From Chloroflexota bacterium (GTDB taxonomy: Bacteria > Chloroflexota > Limnocylindria > Limnocylindrales > CSP1-4), in NCBI GenBank assembly GCA_005889475.1, contig VBGT01000005.1, forward strand, positions 5,961 to 69,960: a stretch of DNA of 64,000 bases, written 5' to 3'. Each line of letters begins with the position of its first letter. Position 1 is the stretch's first letter. The notes beneath the pieces were generated by a model that did no database searches, was not told the origin of the DNA, and saw nothing but the letters and a program-made list of their open reading frames with translations. The translations under genes were made by a program, and so were the position numbers. Positions 40,063 through 50,016 of this stretch are shown here, one piece after another.

Positions 40063-41130
40063 ATGAGCCAGCCGACCCCCTTCACCGTTGCCGTCGTCGG
40101 CGCCACCGGCGTCGTCGGTCGGACGATGCTCCAGGTGCTGGGCGAGCGCGCGTTCCCGACGGGTGAGCTGCGTTTGCTCGCCTCCGGCCGGTCTGCCGGG
40201 CGGACCGTGCAGGTCGGGAGTCGATCGATCGAGATCGGCGAGGCGCTGCCCGAGGCGTTCGACGGCGTCGAGATCGCGTTGTTCAGCGCGGGGGCCGACA
40301 TCTCGCGCGTCCTGGCGCCCCAGGCGGTGGCGCGCGGCGCCACGGTGATCGACAACTCGTCGGCCTGGCGCATGGACCCGAACGTGCCGCTGGTCGTCAG
40401 CCAGGTGAACCCGGACGACCTCGCCTCCCACGAGGGGATCGTCGCCAACCCGAACTGCTCGACCATGCAGCTCGCCCCCGTCCTGATGGCTTTGCGTGAC
40501 TCGGTGGGCATCGAGCGGGTCATCGTGGACACCTACCAGTCCGTCTCGGGGACCGGCGCCGATGCGGTCGCAGAGCTGGAGGGGCAGATCCGCGCCCACG
40601 TGGCCGGCGAGGCGAAGCAGGCGAGCGTCTACCCGCATCCGATCGCGTTCAACGCCCTGCCCGAGATCGACGTCTTCCTCGACAACGGCTACACGAAGGA
40701 GGAATGGAAGGTCGTCACCGAGAGCCGCAAGATCCTGCACCTGCCGGACCTGCGGATCTCGTGCACCGCGGTGCGCGTGCCGGTCTTCGTCAGCCACTCC
40801 GAGGCAGTCCACGTCGAGACGCGCGAGCCGGTGACGCCCGAGCGAGCGCGGCGGCTGTTCGGGGCGGTATCCGGGGTCGTGGTCAAGGACGACCCGGCCG
40901 GGCACGAGTACCCGCTGGCGAGCGATGCGGCGGGGCGCGACGAGGTCTTCGTCGGCCGCGTCCGCCAGGACCCCTCGATCGCGAACGGCCGCGGGCTCGC
41001 CTTCTGGGTGGTCTCGGACAACCTGCGCAAGGGCGCGGCGACGAACGCGATCGAGCTCGCGGAGGCGCTGGTGGAGCGCGGCTGGGTCCGCGCCCGGTCG
41101 CGGCGCGAGGCCGTCGAGGCGCCCGCGTGA
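40063..41130 (+). CDS. asd: aspartate-semialdehyde dehydrogenase
   Basis: VAVVGATGVVG NAD motif, active-site NPNCSTMQ, 355 aa. Confidence 0.95.
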   Translation: MSQPTPFTVAVVGATGVVGRTMLQVLGERAFPTGELRLLASGRSAGRTVQVGSRSIEIGEALPEAFDGVEIALFSAGADISRVLAPQAVARGATVIDNSSAWRMDPNVPLVVSQVNPDDLASHEGIVANPNCSTMQLAPVLMALRDSVGIERVIVDTYQSVSGTGADAVAELEGQIRAHVAGEAKQASVYPHPIAFNALPEIDVFLDNGYTKEEWKVVTESRKILHLPDLRISCTAVRVPVFVSHSEAVHVETREPVTPERARRLFGAVSGVVVKDDPAGHEYPLASDAAGRDEVFVGRVRQDPSIANGRGLAFWVVSDNLRKGAATNAIELAEALVERGWVRARSRREAVEAPA

Positions 41131-41849
41131 CGGCGGGCGAGGCGACCGTTGAAGCGACCACGACCGAGCAGCGGCGAGCCGCGCTGGAGGCGATCGCCGC
41201 GGAGGTGCGAACGTGCACGCGCTGCCGCCTCGCGGAGGGTCGCACGAAGGCCGTCCCGGGCGAGGGTCACCCGGACACAGAGGTGCTGTTCGTGGGCGAA
41301 GGCCCCGGCCAGACCGAGGACGCGCAGGGCCGACCGTTCGTGGGCCGCGCCGGCGAGCTCCTCGTCAAGCTGCTCGCCTCGATCGGCTGGCGTCGCCAGG
41401 AGGTCTTCATCACCAACATCGTCAAGTGCCGGCCACCCGGCAACCGCGATCCCGAGCCGGACGAGATCGCGGCCTGCGCGCCGTACCTCCAGCGGCAGCT
41501 GGAGGTGCTCGATCCCGCCGTCGTCGTGACTCTCGGCCGGTTCTCGATGGCCCACTTCCGGCCCGGCGAGCGGATCACCCAGATCCACGGTACCCACGCC
41601 CCGGCGCCGGCGGCCACCGGAGCGCGAGATGCGTTGGCCTACGCGCTCTTCCACCCCGCGGCGGCGCTCCGCAGCACGGACGTGGAACGCCAGAGCTACG
41701 ACGACATGGCCGGCCTGCCGCGGGTCCTCGGCGCGGCACGCGCACGTCGGGCAGGGGCGCCCCCCGAGTCGGGCAACCCGCCCGCTGAGGCGCCGGACGC
41801 GCCGATCATCCCGCCTGACCCCGGCGACGACGCGCCGACCCTGTTCTGA
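41127..41849 (+). CDS. uracil-DNA glycosylase, family 4
   Basis: CTRCRL...GEGPGQTEDAQGRPFVGRAG...ITNIVKCRPPGNRDP motifs; GTGA overlap with asd. Confidence 0.9.
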   Translation: MTAGEATVEATTTEQRRAALEAIAAEVRTCTRCRLAEGRTKAVPGEGHPDTEVLFVGEGPGQTEDAQGRPFVGRAGELLVKLLASIGWRRQEVFITNIVKCRPPGNRDPEPDEIAACAPYLQRQLEVLDPAVVVTLGRFSMAHFRPGERITQIHGTHAPAPAATGARDALAYALFHPAAALRSTDVERQSYDDMAGLPRVLGAARARRAGAPPESGNPPAEAPDAPIIPPDPGDDAPTLF

Positions 41850-41860
41850 CCGGAGGCCAG

Positions 41861-43549
41861 ATGCCCAAGCAACCCCCGAGCGAGGGCTCGGGCGACCAGC
41901 CGCTCCGGATCATCCCGCTCGGCGGGGTGGGCGAGATCGGCAAGAACATGTACGTCATCGAGTACGGCGACGACATCGTCGTGATCGACTGCGGGCTCAT
42001 GTTCCCGGACGAGGAGATGTTCGGGATCGACCTCGTCGTGCCCGACGTCGCCTACCTGCGCGAGCGCCGGGAGAACGTCAAGGCGTTCCTGATCACGCAC
42101 GCCCACGAGGACCACGTCGGCGGGCTGCCGTACATCCTGCCCAACTTCCCGGGCGTGCCCGTCTACGCATCCACCCTCGCCCGGGGCCTGCTCGGGATCA
42201 AGATCAAGGAGCACAAGCTCACCTCGAACCCGCTCCTGCCGCTCGACCCCGGCGACCACCTCGAGATCGGGCCGTTCACGGCGATGCCGTTCCGGGTCGG
42301 CCACTCGATCCCGGACGCGATGGGCATCGCCCTGCGCACGCCGGTCGGCACCATCGTCCACACCGGCGACTTCAAGGTCGACCACACGCCGGTCGACGGC
42401 AAGCTGTTCGACTTCGCCGTCCTCGGCCAGCTCGGCGCGGAAGGGGTCCTGTGCCTGCTGTCCGACTCGACGCGCGCCGAGAGCCCCGGCTACACGCCAT
42501 CCGAGCGCACGGTCGGCGAGGCCTTCCGGGAGATCATGGAGCCGCTCGATGGGCGGGTCATCGTCGCCACCTTCGCCAGCAACATCGCGCGCATTCAGCA
42601 GGTCCTCGACGCGGCGGCGACCTTCGACCGCAAGGTCTCGGTCATCGGCCGGTCGATGGAGCAGAACTTCCGGATCGCGGCCGACCTCGACTACCTGCGC
42701 TACGCGCCCGACCAGATCGTGGCCAAGGACAAGATCGGCGAGGTCCCGTCGGGCCAGCTCGTGGTGGCCACGACCGGCTCGCAGGGAGAGCCGATGTCCG
42801 GCCTGGCCCGGATGGCCAACCGCGACCACCGGTTCGTCGAGATCGAGCCCGGGGATACCGTGATCCTCAGCGCGAGCCCGATCCCGGGCAACGAGGAATA
42901 CGTCGCCCGGACGATCGACAACCTGTTCAAGGCCGGCGCGAACGTGATCTACCACGCCATCCGTCACGCCCACGTCTCCGGCCACGCGAGCCAGGAGGAG
43001 CTCAAGCTGATGCTCAACCTGACCCGCCCCAAGTACTTCATGCCGATCCACGGCGAGTTCCGGATGCAGGTCCACCACGGCCGGCTCGCCGTCGAGACGG
43101 GCGTCGCGCCGGAGAACGTGTTCATCATCGAGAACGGCACGCCGATCGAGTTCTGGGCCGACGGCTCGGCACGCCGCGGCCAGCCGGTGCAGGCGGGCTA
43201 TGTGTTCGTCGACGGCCTGTCCGTGGGCGATGTGGGCGAGATCGTGCTGCGCGACCGGCGCGCCCTGGCCAGCGACGGCATGTTCATGGTCGTGGTCACC
43301 GTCGACAAGCAGACCGGCAAGGTGGTCGGGCGGCCCGAGATCATCACCCGCGGCTTCGTCCACGGCAATGAGCAGGACCCGATCATCGACGAGGCGATCC
43401 GGCGGGTGATGGAGGCGGTCGAGCACCCGGGCGACCACATCAGCGAGATCGCGCTGCTCAAGAGCCAGATCAAGGACGGCGTGTCGCGCTTCCTGTTCGA
43501 GCAGACGAAGCGCCGGCCGATGGTCTTCCCGGTCGTGGTGGAGGTGTAG
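41861..43549 (+). CDS. rnj: ribonuclease J
   Basis: Metallo-beta-lactamase HAHEDHVGG, beta-CASP region, 562 aa, RIIPLGGVGEIGKNMYVIEY N-terminus. Confidence 0.95.
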   Translation: MPKQPPSEGSGDQPLRIIPLGGVGEIGKNMYVIEYGDDIVVIDCGLMFPDEEMFGIDLVVPDVAYLRERRENVKAFLITHAHEDHVGGLPYILPNFPGVPVYASTLARGLLGIKIKEHKLTSNPLLPLDPGDHLEIGPFTAMPFRVGHSIPDAMGIALRTPVGTIVHTGDFKVDHTPVDGKLFDFAVLGQLGAEGVLCLLSDSTRAESPGYTPSERTVGEAFREIMEPLDGRVIVATFASNIARIQQVLDAAATFDRKVSVIGRSMEQNFRIAADLDYLRYAPDQIVAKDKIGEVPSGQLVVATTGSQGEPMSGLARMANRDHRFVEIEPGDTVILSASPIPGNEEYVARTIDNLFKAGANVIYHAIRHAHVSGHASQEELKLMLNLTRPKYFMPIHGEFRMQVHHGRLAVETGVAPENVFIIENGTPIEFWADGSARRGQPVQAGYVFVDGLSVGDVGEIVLRDRRALASDGMFMVVVTVDKQTGKVVGRPEIITRGFVHGNEQDPIIDEAIRRVMEAVEHPGDHISEIALLKSQIKDGVSRFLFEQTKRRPMVFPVVVEV

Positions 43550-45898
43550 GTGGCGCGGCGGCGACGCGCGGCCCGGCGGCGCAGGAGCGGCTTCGACCTC
43601 GGGCGGTTCCGCCTGCCCGACGTCGGGCAGGAGGTCGCCCGCTCGCTCGTCGGGATCACGCTGCTCGTGCTCGCGGCGGTGACGCTCATCGCGTTCATGC
43701 CCGGCGAGGGCTCCGTGACGACCTGGTTCAGGGACACCGTCGGGCCGTGGTTCGGCAGCCTGCGCTGGCTGCTGCCGTTCCTGCTGCTCGCGACCGGCTG
43801 GTACATCGAGTGGGGGCCGGGCAAGACGCCGGGCTCCGGCTGGGGCCTGACCCTTCTCGGCGTCGTGATCGCGTACTGCGGGCTGCTCGGCGCGGCATCG
43901 GTGGTCAAGCCGGCGGCCCCGCCCGTCGGTGCCGGCGGCGGCCGTGTCGGGACGTTCCTCGCCGAGGGGCCGTCCACGTGGTTCACGTCGGTCGGGGCGT
44001 TCATCCTGCTGGCCGGCCTCGGGATTGCCGGCGTCCTGATCGCGTTCAACCTGCGGCTCAACCAGCTCACCCGGCCGATGACCGCGATCGGGCGGTGGCT
44101 CAGCTCCAGCGCGGCCGCGAGCATGCGCCGCGAGCCCGGCGCCACGAACGGCGCGGGCGGCCGAGGCAACGGGGCCACCGCGAACGGCGGCTCGATTCGC
44201 GCCGGCGGTCGGGCGCGAGGCTCGCGCGTGGTCGGGGGGCCGGCGGACGTCGCCGGCCAGACCGGAATCTGGGGCGAGGACAGCCCGGCGCCGATGCCCT
44301 CCGCCGTGCCCACGTCGGCCACGTTGGCGCCGGCGCGGAGCTCCGGGGCGGGCTCGGCCGCCACCGCGACCGCCGTCGACGAGCGGCCGCGCCCGTTGCG
44401 CGACCCGGACGACGTGACGGACGCCTCGGACTCACCGCCGACGCGCGAGCGGCGCGAGTACACGCTGCCCGGTCTCGACCTCCTCGACCAGACCGTGGAG
44501 CCCGCTGCGCCGGGGGGCGAGGAGGTGATCCATCGACGGACCGAGGAGATCATCATCAAGAAGCTCGCCAGCTTCGAGATCGCAGCCCAGATCGTCGGCC
44601 GCAATGCAGGTCCCGTGGTGACCCAGTACGAGGTCCAGCCCGCGCCGCACGTCAAGGTCAGCCGGATCGAGGCCCTCGCCGACGACCTGGCCATGGCCCT
44701 CGCCGCGCGGACGCTGCGCATCGAGGCGCCGATCCCGGGCAAGAGCGCGGTCGGCATCGAGATCCCGAACCAGGACTTCAACGTGGTCACCCTGCGCGGG
44801 ATCCTCGAGTCGCTCGACTTCAGCACCGGCTCGAGGCTCACGTTCGCGCTCGGCCGCGACGTGGCGGGGCGGGCCCAGGCGGTCGACCTGGCCAAGATGC
44901 CCCACCTGCTCATCGCGGGCGCGACCGGCTCGGGCAAGAGCGTCATGGTCAACGCTTTGATCACGAGCCTGCTGTGCAACGCCAGCCCCGATGACCTGCG
45001 CATGATCCTGGTCGACCTCAAACGGGTCGAGCTGGCCGCGTACAACGGCCTGCCCCACCTGCTCGTGCCGGTCATCACGGAGCCGGACCGGGCCAAGGCC
45101 GCCCTCAAGTGGGCCGTCAACGAGATGGAGAGCCGGTACCGGCGCTTCGCCGGCGCGACGGCGCGCAACATCCGGGCCTACAACGAGGGCCGCGCCGACC
45201 CGGCCGACCGGATGCCGTACATCGTGCTCGTGGTCGACGAGCTGGCCGACCTGATGATGCGCGAGGGCAAGCACGTCGAGGATCCGATCGTGCGGCTCGC
45301 CCAGAAGGCCCGCGCGACGGGCATCCACATGGTCCTCGCCACGCAGCGGCCCTCGGTCAACGTCGTCACCGGCCTGATCAAGGCCAACTTCCCGTCACGG
45401 ATCGCCTTCGCCATGGCGTCCCAGATCGACTCGCGCACCATCCTCGACGCGCCCGGCGCCGAGGACCTCATCGGACGAGGCGACATGCTCTACCAGCCGT
45501 CGGACCTGCCGCGACCGATGCGCCTGCAGGGCGTCTTCGTGTCCGATCACGAGATTGCGAAGGTCACCGGCCACTGGAAGGACCAGATCGAGGACGCGCA
45601 CTACGACATGTCGATCGTGGCGAGCGACGAGGACGGGACGGGTTCGCTCGAGGACCTCGGCGACGACGACAAGGACCGGCTCTTCGACGATGCCCGGGAG
45701 GTCATCCGGGAGTACGATCGCGCCTCGGCGTCGCTGCTCCAGCGGCGCCTGAAGGTCGGCTATGCGAGGGCCGCACGCATCATCGACCAGCTGGAGGCGC
45801 GCGGGTACATCGGCGCGTTCGATGGCTCGAACGCGCGCGCGGTGCTCCGACGCGACACCGCGGGCCGGGACGGCGGCGGCGACCCCGGGGATGATTGA
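43550..45898 (+). CDS. ftsK: DNA translocase FtsK/SpoIIIE
   Basis: N-terminal TM helices, linker, Walker A GATGSGKSV, Walker B VVDELADLM, gamma wHTH SASLLQRRLKVGYARAARIIDQLE. Confidence 0.95.
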   Translation: MARRRRAARRRRSGFDLGRFRLPDVGQEVARSLVGITLLVLAAVTLIAFMPGEGSVTTWFRDTVGPWFGSLRWLLPFLLLATGWYIEWGPGKTPGSGWGLTLLGVVIAYCGLLGAASVVKPAAPPVGAGGGRVGTFLAEGPSTWFTSVGAFILLAGLGIAGVLIAFNLRLNQLTRPMTAIGRWLSSSAAASMRREPGATNGAGGRGNGATANGGSIRAGGRARGSRVVGGPADVAGQTGIWGEDSPAPMPSAVPTSATLAPARSSGAGSAATATAVDERPRPLRDPDDVTDASDSPPTRERREYTLPGLDLLDQTVEPAAPGGEEVIHRRTEEIIIKKLASFEIAAQIVGRNAGPVVTQYEVQPAPHVKVSRIEALADDLAMALAARTLRIEAPIPGKSAVGIEIPNQDFNVVTLRGILESLDFSTGSRLTFALGRDVAGRAQAVDLAKMPHLLIAGATGSGKSVMVNALITSLLCNASPDDLRMILVDLKRVELAAYNGLPHLLVPVITEPDRAKAALKWAVNEMESRYRRFAGATARNIRAYNEGRADPADRMPYIVLVVDELADLMMREGKHVEDPIVRLAQKARATGIHMVLATQRPSVNVVTGLIKANFPSRIAFAMASQIDSRTILDAPGAEDLIGRGDMLYQPSDLPRPMRLQGVFVSDHEIAKVTGHWKDQIEDAHYDMSIVASDEDGTGSLEDLGDDDKDRLFDDAREVIREYDRASASLLQRRLKVGYARAARIIDQLEARGYIGAFDGSNARAVLRRDTAGRDGGGDPGDD

Positions 45899-45901
45899 CG
45901 C

Positions 45902-47254
45902 ATGACCGCCCGCGATCAGGCGCGTCGCGCGGCGCAGCGCTTCGGCGTGGGCGAGCGGACCGACGCGATCGACCCGGGACCGAGCCTGCCCGATCGGCTG
46001 ACCGCGGCGCGCGAGCACAAGGGCGTCGACCTCGTCCGGGCCGAGCGCGACACCAAGATCCGGGTGCGCTACCTGAGCGCCCTCGAGTCGGGCGACTACC
46101 GCGACCTGCCCGGGGCCGTGTACACGAAGGGCTTCCTGCGCAACTACGCCATCTACCTCGGGCTCGACCCGGAGGACGTGCTGCGCCAGTGGCGCCGCGA
46201 GCGTGGCGAGGCGACGGCGCCCGAGCCGGCGATCGTCCCGCCGCGGCCCCTCGCCGAGCCGGCGCGGCCGCTCAACTTCTCGCCGTCGGTGGTGGTCGCG
46301 GCGCTCCTCACCGCGGGCGTGGTGCTGTTCTTCATTTACCTCTCCTCCCAGCTCCTGCGCTATTCGCGCCCGCCGGACCTGGCCGTGACGAATCCCGCCC
46401 AGGCGGTGATCGACGTCGAGGAGTCAAAGACGTCGTACCGGCTCGCGGGCACGTCGACGGCCGGCGCGACGATCTCGATCCTCACGCCCGGCCAGGAGCA
46501 GCCGTACCGGACCACGGCCCAATCCGACGGGACCTGGGCGATCCAGGTCGACCTTCGCAGGGGGCAGAACCGGTTCGAGATCAGCGCGGTGAACCCCGAG
46601 ACGGGCAAGGAGGCGGAGACGCCGCGGACCGTCGTGATCACCGTGCCGTTCCTGGTCTTCCAGGCGCCGACGCTGACGGTCACCCAGCCGGTCGAGGGCA
46701 CGACGTACGGCAACGGCGCGATCGCCGTGGAAGGCACGACCACCAATGCCCAGACCGTGATGGCGACAGCCACGTTCCTCGGCGCCGCCCCGGGGGCCCC
46801 GGCTCCCGGAGCCAGCGCCGAGCCGGCCAAGGGCACGACGATGAACGTCGCCGAGGACGGCTCATTCGAGTTCGCGCCGCTCGAGCTGACCGCCGGGCGC
46901 TGGGCGATCACCGTCACGGCCACGTCCGCGCAGGGCCAGACCGCGACGCAGACGCGGAACATCGTCGTCGCGTACAGCGGGGTCAACCTCGTCGTCGCCA
47001 TCCGGGGCAACCCGGCGTGGGTCAAGGTCTGGGTCGACGGCGAGCTCGTCGGTCCCCAGAGTGGGCGCGTCTTCGCCGCGGGCAAGACGATCACGTTCCA
47101 CGGCACGACGTCCGTCGAGGTCCGCACGGGATCGTCGGGCAGCACCCACTTCGCCCTCAACGGCGTGAGCCTCGGCGTGCTGGGCAAGTCCGGGGTCCCC
47201 GAGACCTGGCTGTTCAAGCCGCCCGATCCACCGGTCAAGACGCAGCGGACGTAG
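45902..47254 (+). CDS. RodZ-like HTH/DUF4115 membrane protein
   Basis: N-terminal HTH (LTAAREHKGVDLVRAERDTKIRVRYLSALESGDY), one TM, C-terminal DUF4115-like AWVKVWVDGE... Confidence 0.8.
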   Translation: MTARDQARRAAQRFGVGERTDAIDPGPSLPDRLTAAREHKGVDLVRAERDTKIRVRYLSALESGDYRDLPGAVYTKGFLRNYAIYLGLDPEDVLRQWRRERGEATAPEPAIVPPRPLAEPARPLNFSPSVVVAALLTAGVVLFFIYLSSQLLRYSRPPDLAVTNPAQAVIDVEESKTSYRLAGTSTAGATISILTPGQEQPYRTTAQSDGTWAIQVDLRRGQNRFEISAVNPETGKEAETPRTVVITVPFLVFQAPTLTVTQPVEGTTYGNGAIAVEGTTTNAQTVMATATFLGAAPGAPAPGASAEPAKGTTMNVAEDGSFEFAPLELTAGRWAITVTATSAQGQTATQTRNIVVAYSGVNLVVAIRGNPAWVKVWVDGELVGPQSGRVFAAGKTITFHGTTSVEVRTGSSGSTHFALNGVSLGVLGKSGVPETWLFKPPDPPVKTQRT

Positions 47255-47256
47255 GC

Positions 47257-47760
47257 GTGGCCGAAGGCCTCGTCGCGCTCGCCGAGCGACTCCAGGGCAT
47301 CTGCCTCGGCCGCGGCATCACGGTCGCGCTCGCCGAATCGTGCACCGGCGGCCTCGTCGCCTCCACGATCACCGCAGTGCCCGGCTCCTCGGGCTACTTC
47401 GTTGGCGGCGTGGTGTCGTACTCCAACGCGGCCAAGGAGTCGCTCCTCGGCGTTCCTCCCGCGACCCTCGCCGCGCACGGCGCCGTGAGCGCGCAGGTCG
47501 CGAAGGCCATGGCGATCGGGGCACAGGCGCGGTTCGAGGCGACCCTCGCGGTCGCCGTCACGGGCATCGCCGGACCAGACGGCGGGAGCGACGAGAAGCC
47601 GGTGGGCCTCACCTACGTGGGCCTGGCCGATGCCGCCGGCGCGGACGTGCGGCGGTTCGCCTTCGGCGGGGATCGCGCCGCGAACCGCGAGGCGGGCACG
47701 CAGGCCGCGCTGGAGTGGCTCATCGAGCGCGCCGAGGCCACGCGCGGCTCGCCGCCGTGA
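47257..47760 (+). CDS. pncC: nicotinamide-nucleotide amidohydrolase PncC (CinA C-terminal domain)
   Basis: LALAESCTGGLVAS...VSYSNAAKESLLGV...TGIAGPDGG motifs; 167 aa from GTG 47257. Confidence 0.9.
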   Translation: MAEGLVALAERLQGICLGRGITVALAESCTGGLVASTITAVPGSSGYFVGGVVSYSNAAKESLLGVPPATLAAHGAVSAQVAKAMAIGAQARFEATLAVAVTGIAGPDGGSDEKPVGLTYVGLADAAGADVRRFAFGGDRAANREAGTQAALEWLIERAEATRGSPP

Positions 47761-49313
47761 CCCGCACGCCGGCCGAGCTCGGCGCAGGCCTCGCGCCGGC
47801 ACGCCCCGCGCGACCCATCCGCCCCGGGGAGCGGATCCACGTGGTCGGGATCGCGGGTGCCGGCGCCTCCGCCGCTGCGTTGCACGCTCGCGCCGCCGGC
47901 GCCGTCGTGACCGGCTGCGACTCCGGGGGGCCGTCGCCCTACACCGTGGCGCTCGAGGCCGTGGGCATCCGGATGGCGTGGACCCATGACCCGGCCCACG
48001 TCGCGGCCGCGCGGCCGGATCGGCTGTCCGTGACCAAGGCCCTGACCGCGATCTCGCCGGACCACCCCGAGCTGCTCGCAGCCGCTCGCGCGGGCGTCCC
48101 GCTCGAGCCGTGGCAGCAGCTGGTGGCGGATGCCGCGGACGGCCGGGAGCTCCTGGCGGTCGCAGGCACCCACGGCAAGAGCACCACGGCTGGCTGGCTC
48201 ACCTGGATCCTTGCGGAGGCCGGACTCGACCCGTCCGCGTTCGTGGGCGCCCTGCTGCCTGCTTCGCTGACCGGTGGCATCCCCGCCACGGCCAGAATCG
48301 GGGCGGGGAAGGCCTTCGTCGTCGAAGCCGACGAGTACGCCGGCAACTTCGACTCGTACTTCCCTGACGTCGTCGCGCTCACGACGATCGAATGGGACCA
48401 CCCGGACGTCTTCCGGGATCGAGCCGCCGTCATCGACACCTTCGCGCGCTGGCTGCGCCGAGTCCCGGCCGCGACCGTCGTCGCGAACCTGGCCGACTCG
48501 GGGGTTGTCGAGCTGCTCGGTGGACTGCAGGGCGACGCGTCGAGGTTCGGTGCCATGATCGGGACACTGCTGGTCGGCGCCGAGCCGGCGTCCGCTGGCG
48601 GCTCGGAGCCATCGGAGCTGCTGATGGACGCCCGGATCGCCGGCGAGGCGGTCGAGCGGACGCCCGACGGGACCGTGCTCGAAATCGACGGGATCGCCGC
48701 CGCGACTCCGCGGGTTCACCTGTCGGCCGCGGGGGACCACAACGCTGCAAATGCCCTGGTGGCGCTCGCGACCGCCCTGGCGCTGGCGGCGCGGGGTTCA
48801 CGGGATGCGGCGATCGGCGATCGGCTGTTGTCGGGCCTCGCGAGCTTCCCGGGCATCGGGCGGCGCCTCGAGCGCAAAGGCGAGGTCGGCGGGGTTGTCG
48901 TCTACGACGACTATGGCCATCACCCGACCGCGATCCGCGCGACGATCGCCGCCCTCCGCCAGCGCGAACCGGAGCGGCGGCTTTGGGCGGTCTACGAGCC
49001 GCTGACCTTCCACCGGACCGCAGCCATGTTCGGCGACTTCGCGGATGCGCTTGCCGAGGCCGACGCGGTCGCGGTTGCCGACATCTGGGCGGGCCGCGAC
49101 CTCGACACGACGGTCACGTCGTCGGTCGCGCTTGCGGCCGCGGTCCGACGGAGCCGCCCGGGTATCGCCGCGAAGGCGCCGGGCTCGGTCGAGGAGACCG
49201 CGGCGTGGCTTGCCGCCAACGTCCGCGACGGGGACGCCGTGCTGGTGATGGGCGGCGGTCGGAGCTACCGGATCGCCGAGCTCCTGCTCGAGGCGCTCGC
49301 CGGGGATCGGTAA
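47757..49313 (+). CDS. murC: Mur ligase family protein, MurC/Mpl-like
   Basis: IHVVGIAGAGASA Rossmann motif, AVAGTHGKSTT P-loop, EADEYAGNF, DDYGHHPT; not in a dcw cluster context. Confidence 0.75.
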   Translation: MTRTPAELGAGLAPARPARPIRPGERIHVVGIAGAGASAAALHARAAGAVVTGCDSGGPSPYTVALEAVGIRMAWTHDPAHVAAARPDRLSVTKALTAISPDHPELLAAARAGVPLEPWQQLVADAADGRELLAVAGTHGKSTTAGWLTWILAEAGLDPSAFVGALLPASLTGGIPATARIGAGKAFVVEADEYAGNFDSYFPDVVALTTIEWDHPDVFRDRAAVIDTFARWLRRVPAATVVANLADSGVVELLGGLQGDASRFGAMIGTLLVGAEPASAGGSEPSELLMDARIAGEAVERTPDGTVLEIDGIAAATPRVHLSAAGDHNAANALVALATALALAARGSRDAAIGDRLLSGLASFPGIGRRLERKGEVGGVVVYDDYGHHPTAIRATIAALRQREPERRLWAVYEPLTFHRTAAMFGDFADALAEADAVAVADIWAGRDLDTTVTSSVALAAAVRRSRPGIAAKAPGSVEETAAWLAANVRDGDAVLVMGGGRSYRIAELLLEALAGDR

Positions 49314-49417
49314 CCCACCGCATATCCGGGCGGGACCCGAACAGGCATACTGGCGCCGACAATTCCGCAGCTCCGGTGTGGGCAGCACGCCGCGCCGGCC
49401 CAGGGAGGCACGAGGGG

Positions 49418-49909
49418 ATGAGTGGCGAGGTCTCGTTCGACGTCGTCAGCGAGTTCGACGCCCAGGAGCTCCGCAACGCATTGGACCAGGTCCGGCGCGA
49501 GACGCTCCAGCGTTACGACTTCCGGGGCGCCACGGTCGACCTGGAGCAGGGCAAGGACGAGCTGGTCCTCGTCACCGACGACGAGTTCCGAGCGACCGCG
49601 GTCAAGGACCTCATCCAGTCGAAGGCCGTCCGGCGCGGCCTGTCGCTGAAGATCTTCGACTGGGGACCGGTCGAGCAGGCCGGCGGGAACAAGGTGCGCC
49701 AGCGGATCGTGCTACGCCGAGGGCTCCCCGACGACCTCGCCAAGAAGGTCACGAAGCTCATCCGCGACGAGTTCCCCAAGGTCAAGTCGCAGATCCAGGG
49801 TGACGCCGTCCGGGTCTCGGGCAAGAGCAAGGACGACCTCCAGCGCGTGATCGCGCGGCTGCGCGGGCTCGACGAGGTCGTCGAGCTCCAGTTCCAGAAC
49901 TACCGCTGA
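49418..49909 (+). CDS. yajQ: YajQ family (UPF0234) nucleotide-binding protein
   Basis: SFDVVSEFDAQELRNALDQVRRETLQRYDFRG...LQFQNYR, 163 aa. Confidence 0.9.
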   Translation: MSGEVSFDVVSEFDAQELRNALDQVRRETLQRYDFRGATVDLEQGKDELVLVTDDEFRATAVKDLIQSKAVRRGLSLKIFDWGPVEQAGGNKVRQRIVLRRGLPDDLAKKVTKLIRDEFPKVKSQIQGDAVRVSGKSKDDLQRVIARLRGLDEVVELQFQNYR

Positions 49910-49917
49910 GGCGCCCG

Positions 49918-50016
49918 ATGCGATCCGCCGTCGTCGCGCGCCTGCTGGTGCTCTTCGTCGTGATCATGGTCGTCATCAGCCTCGTCCTGACCTCCGTGCC
50001 GGGTCCGCTCCAATGA
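49918..50016 (+). CDS. 32-aa hydrophobic micro-protein (single TM)
   Basis: Hand-translated MRSAVVARLLVLFVVIMVVISLVLTSVPGPLQ; almost all codons end in G/C; stop overlaps the next start as ATGA. Confidence 0.5.
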   Translation: MRSAVVARLLVLFVVIMVVISLVLTSVPGPLQ

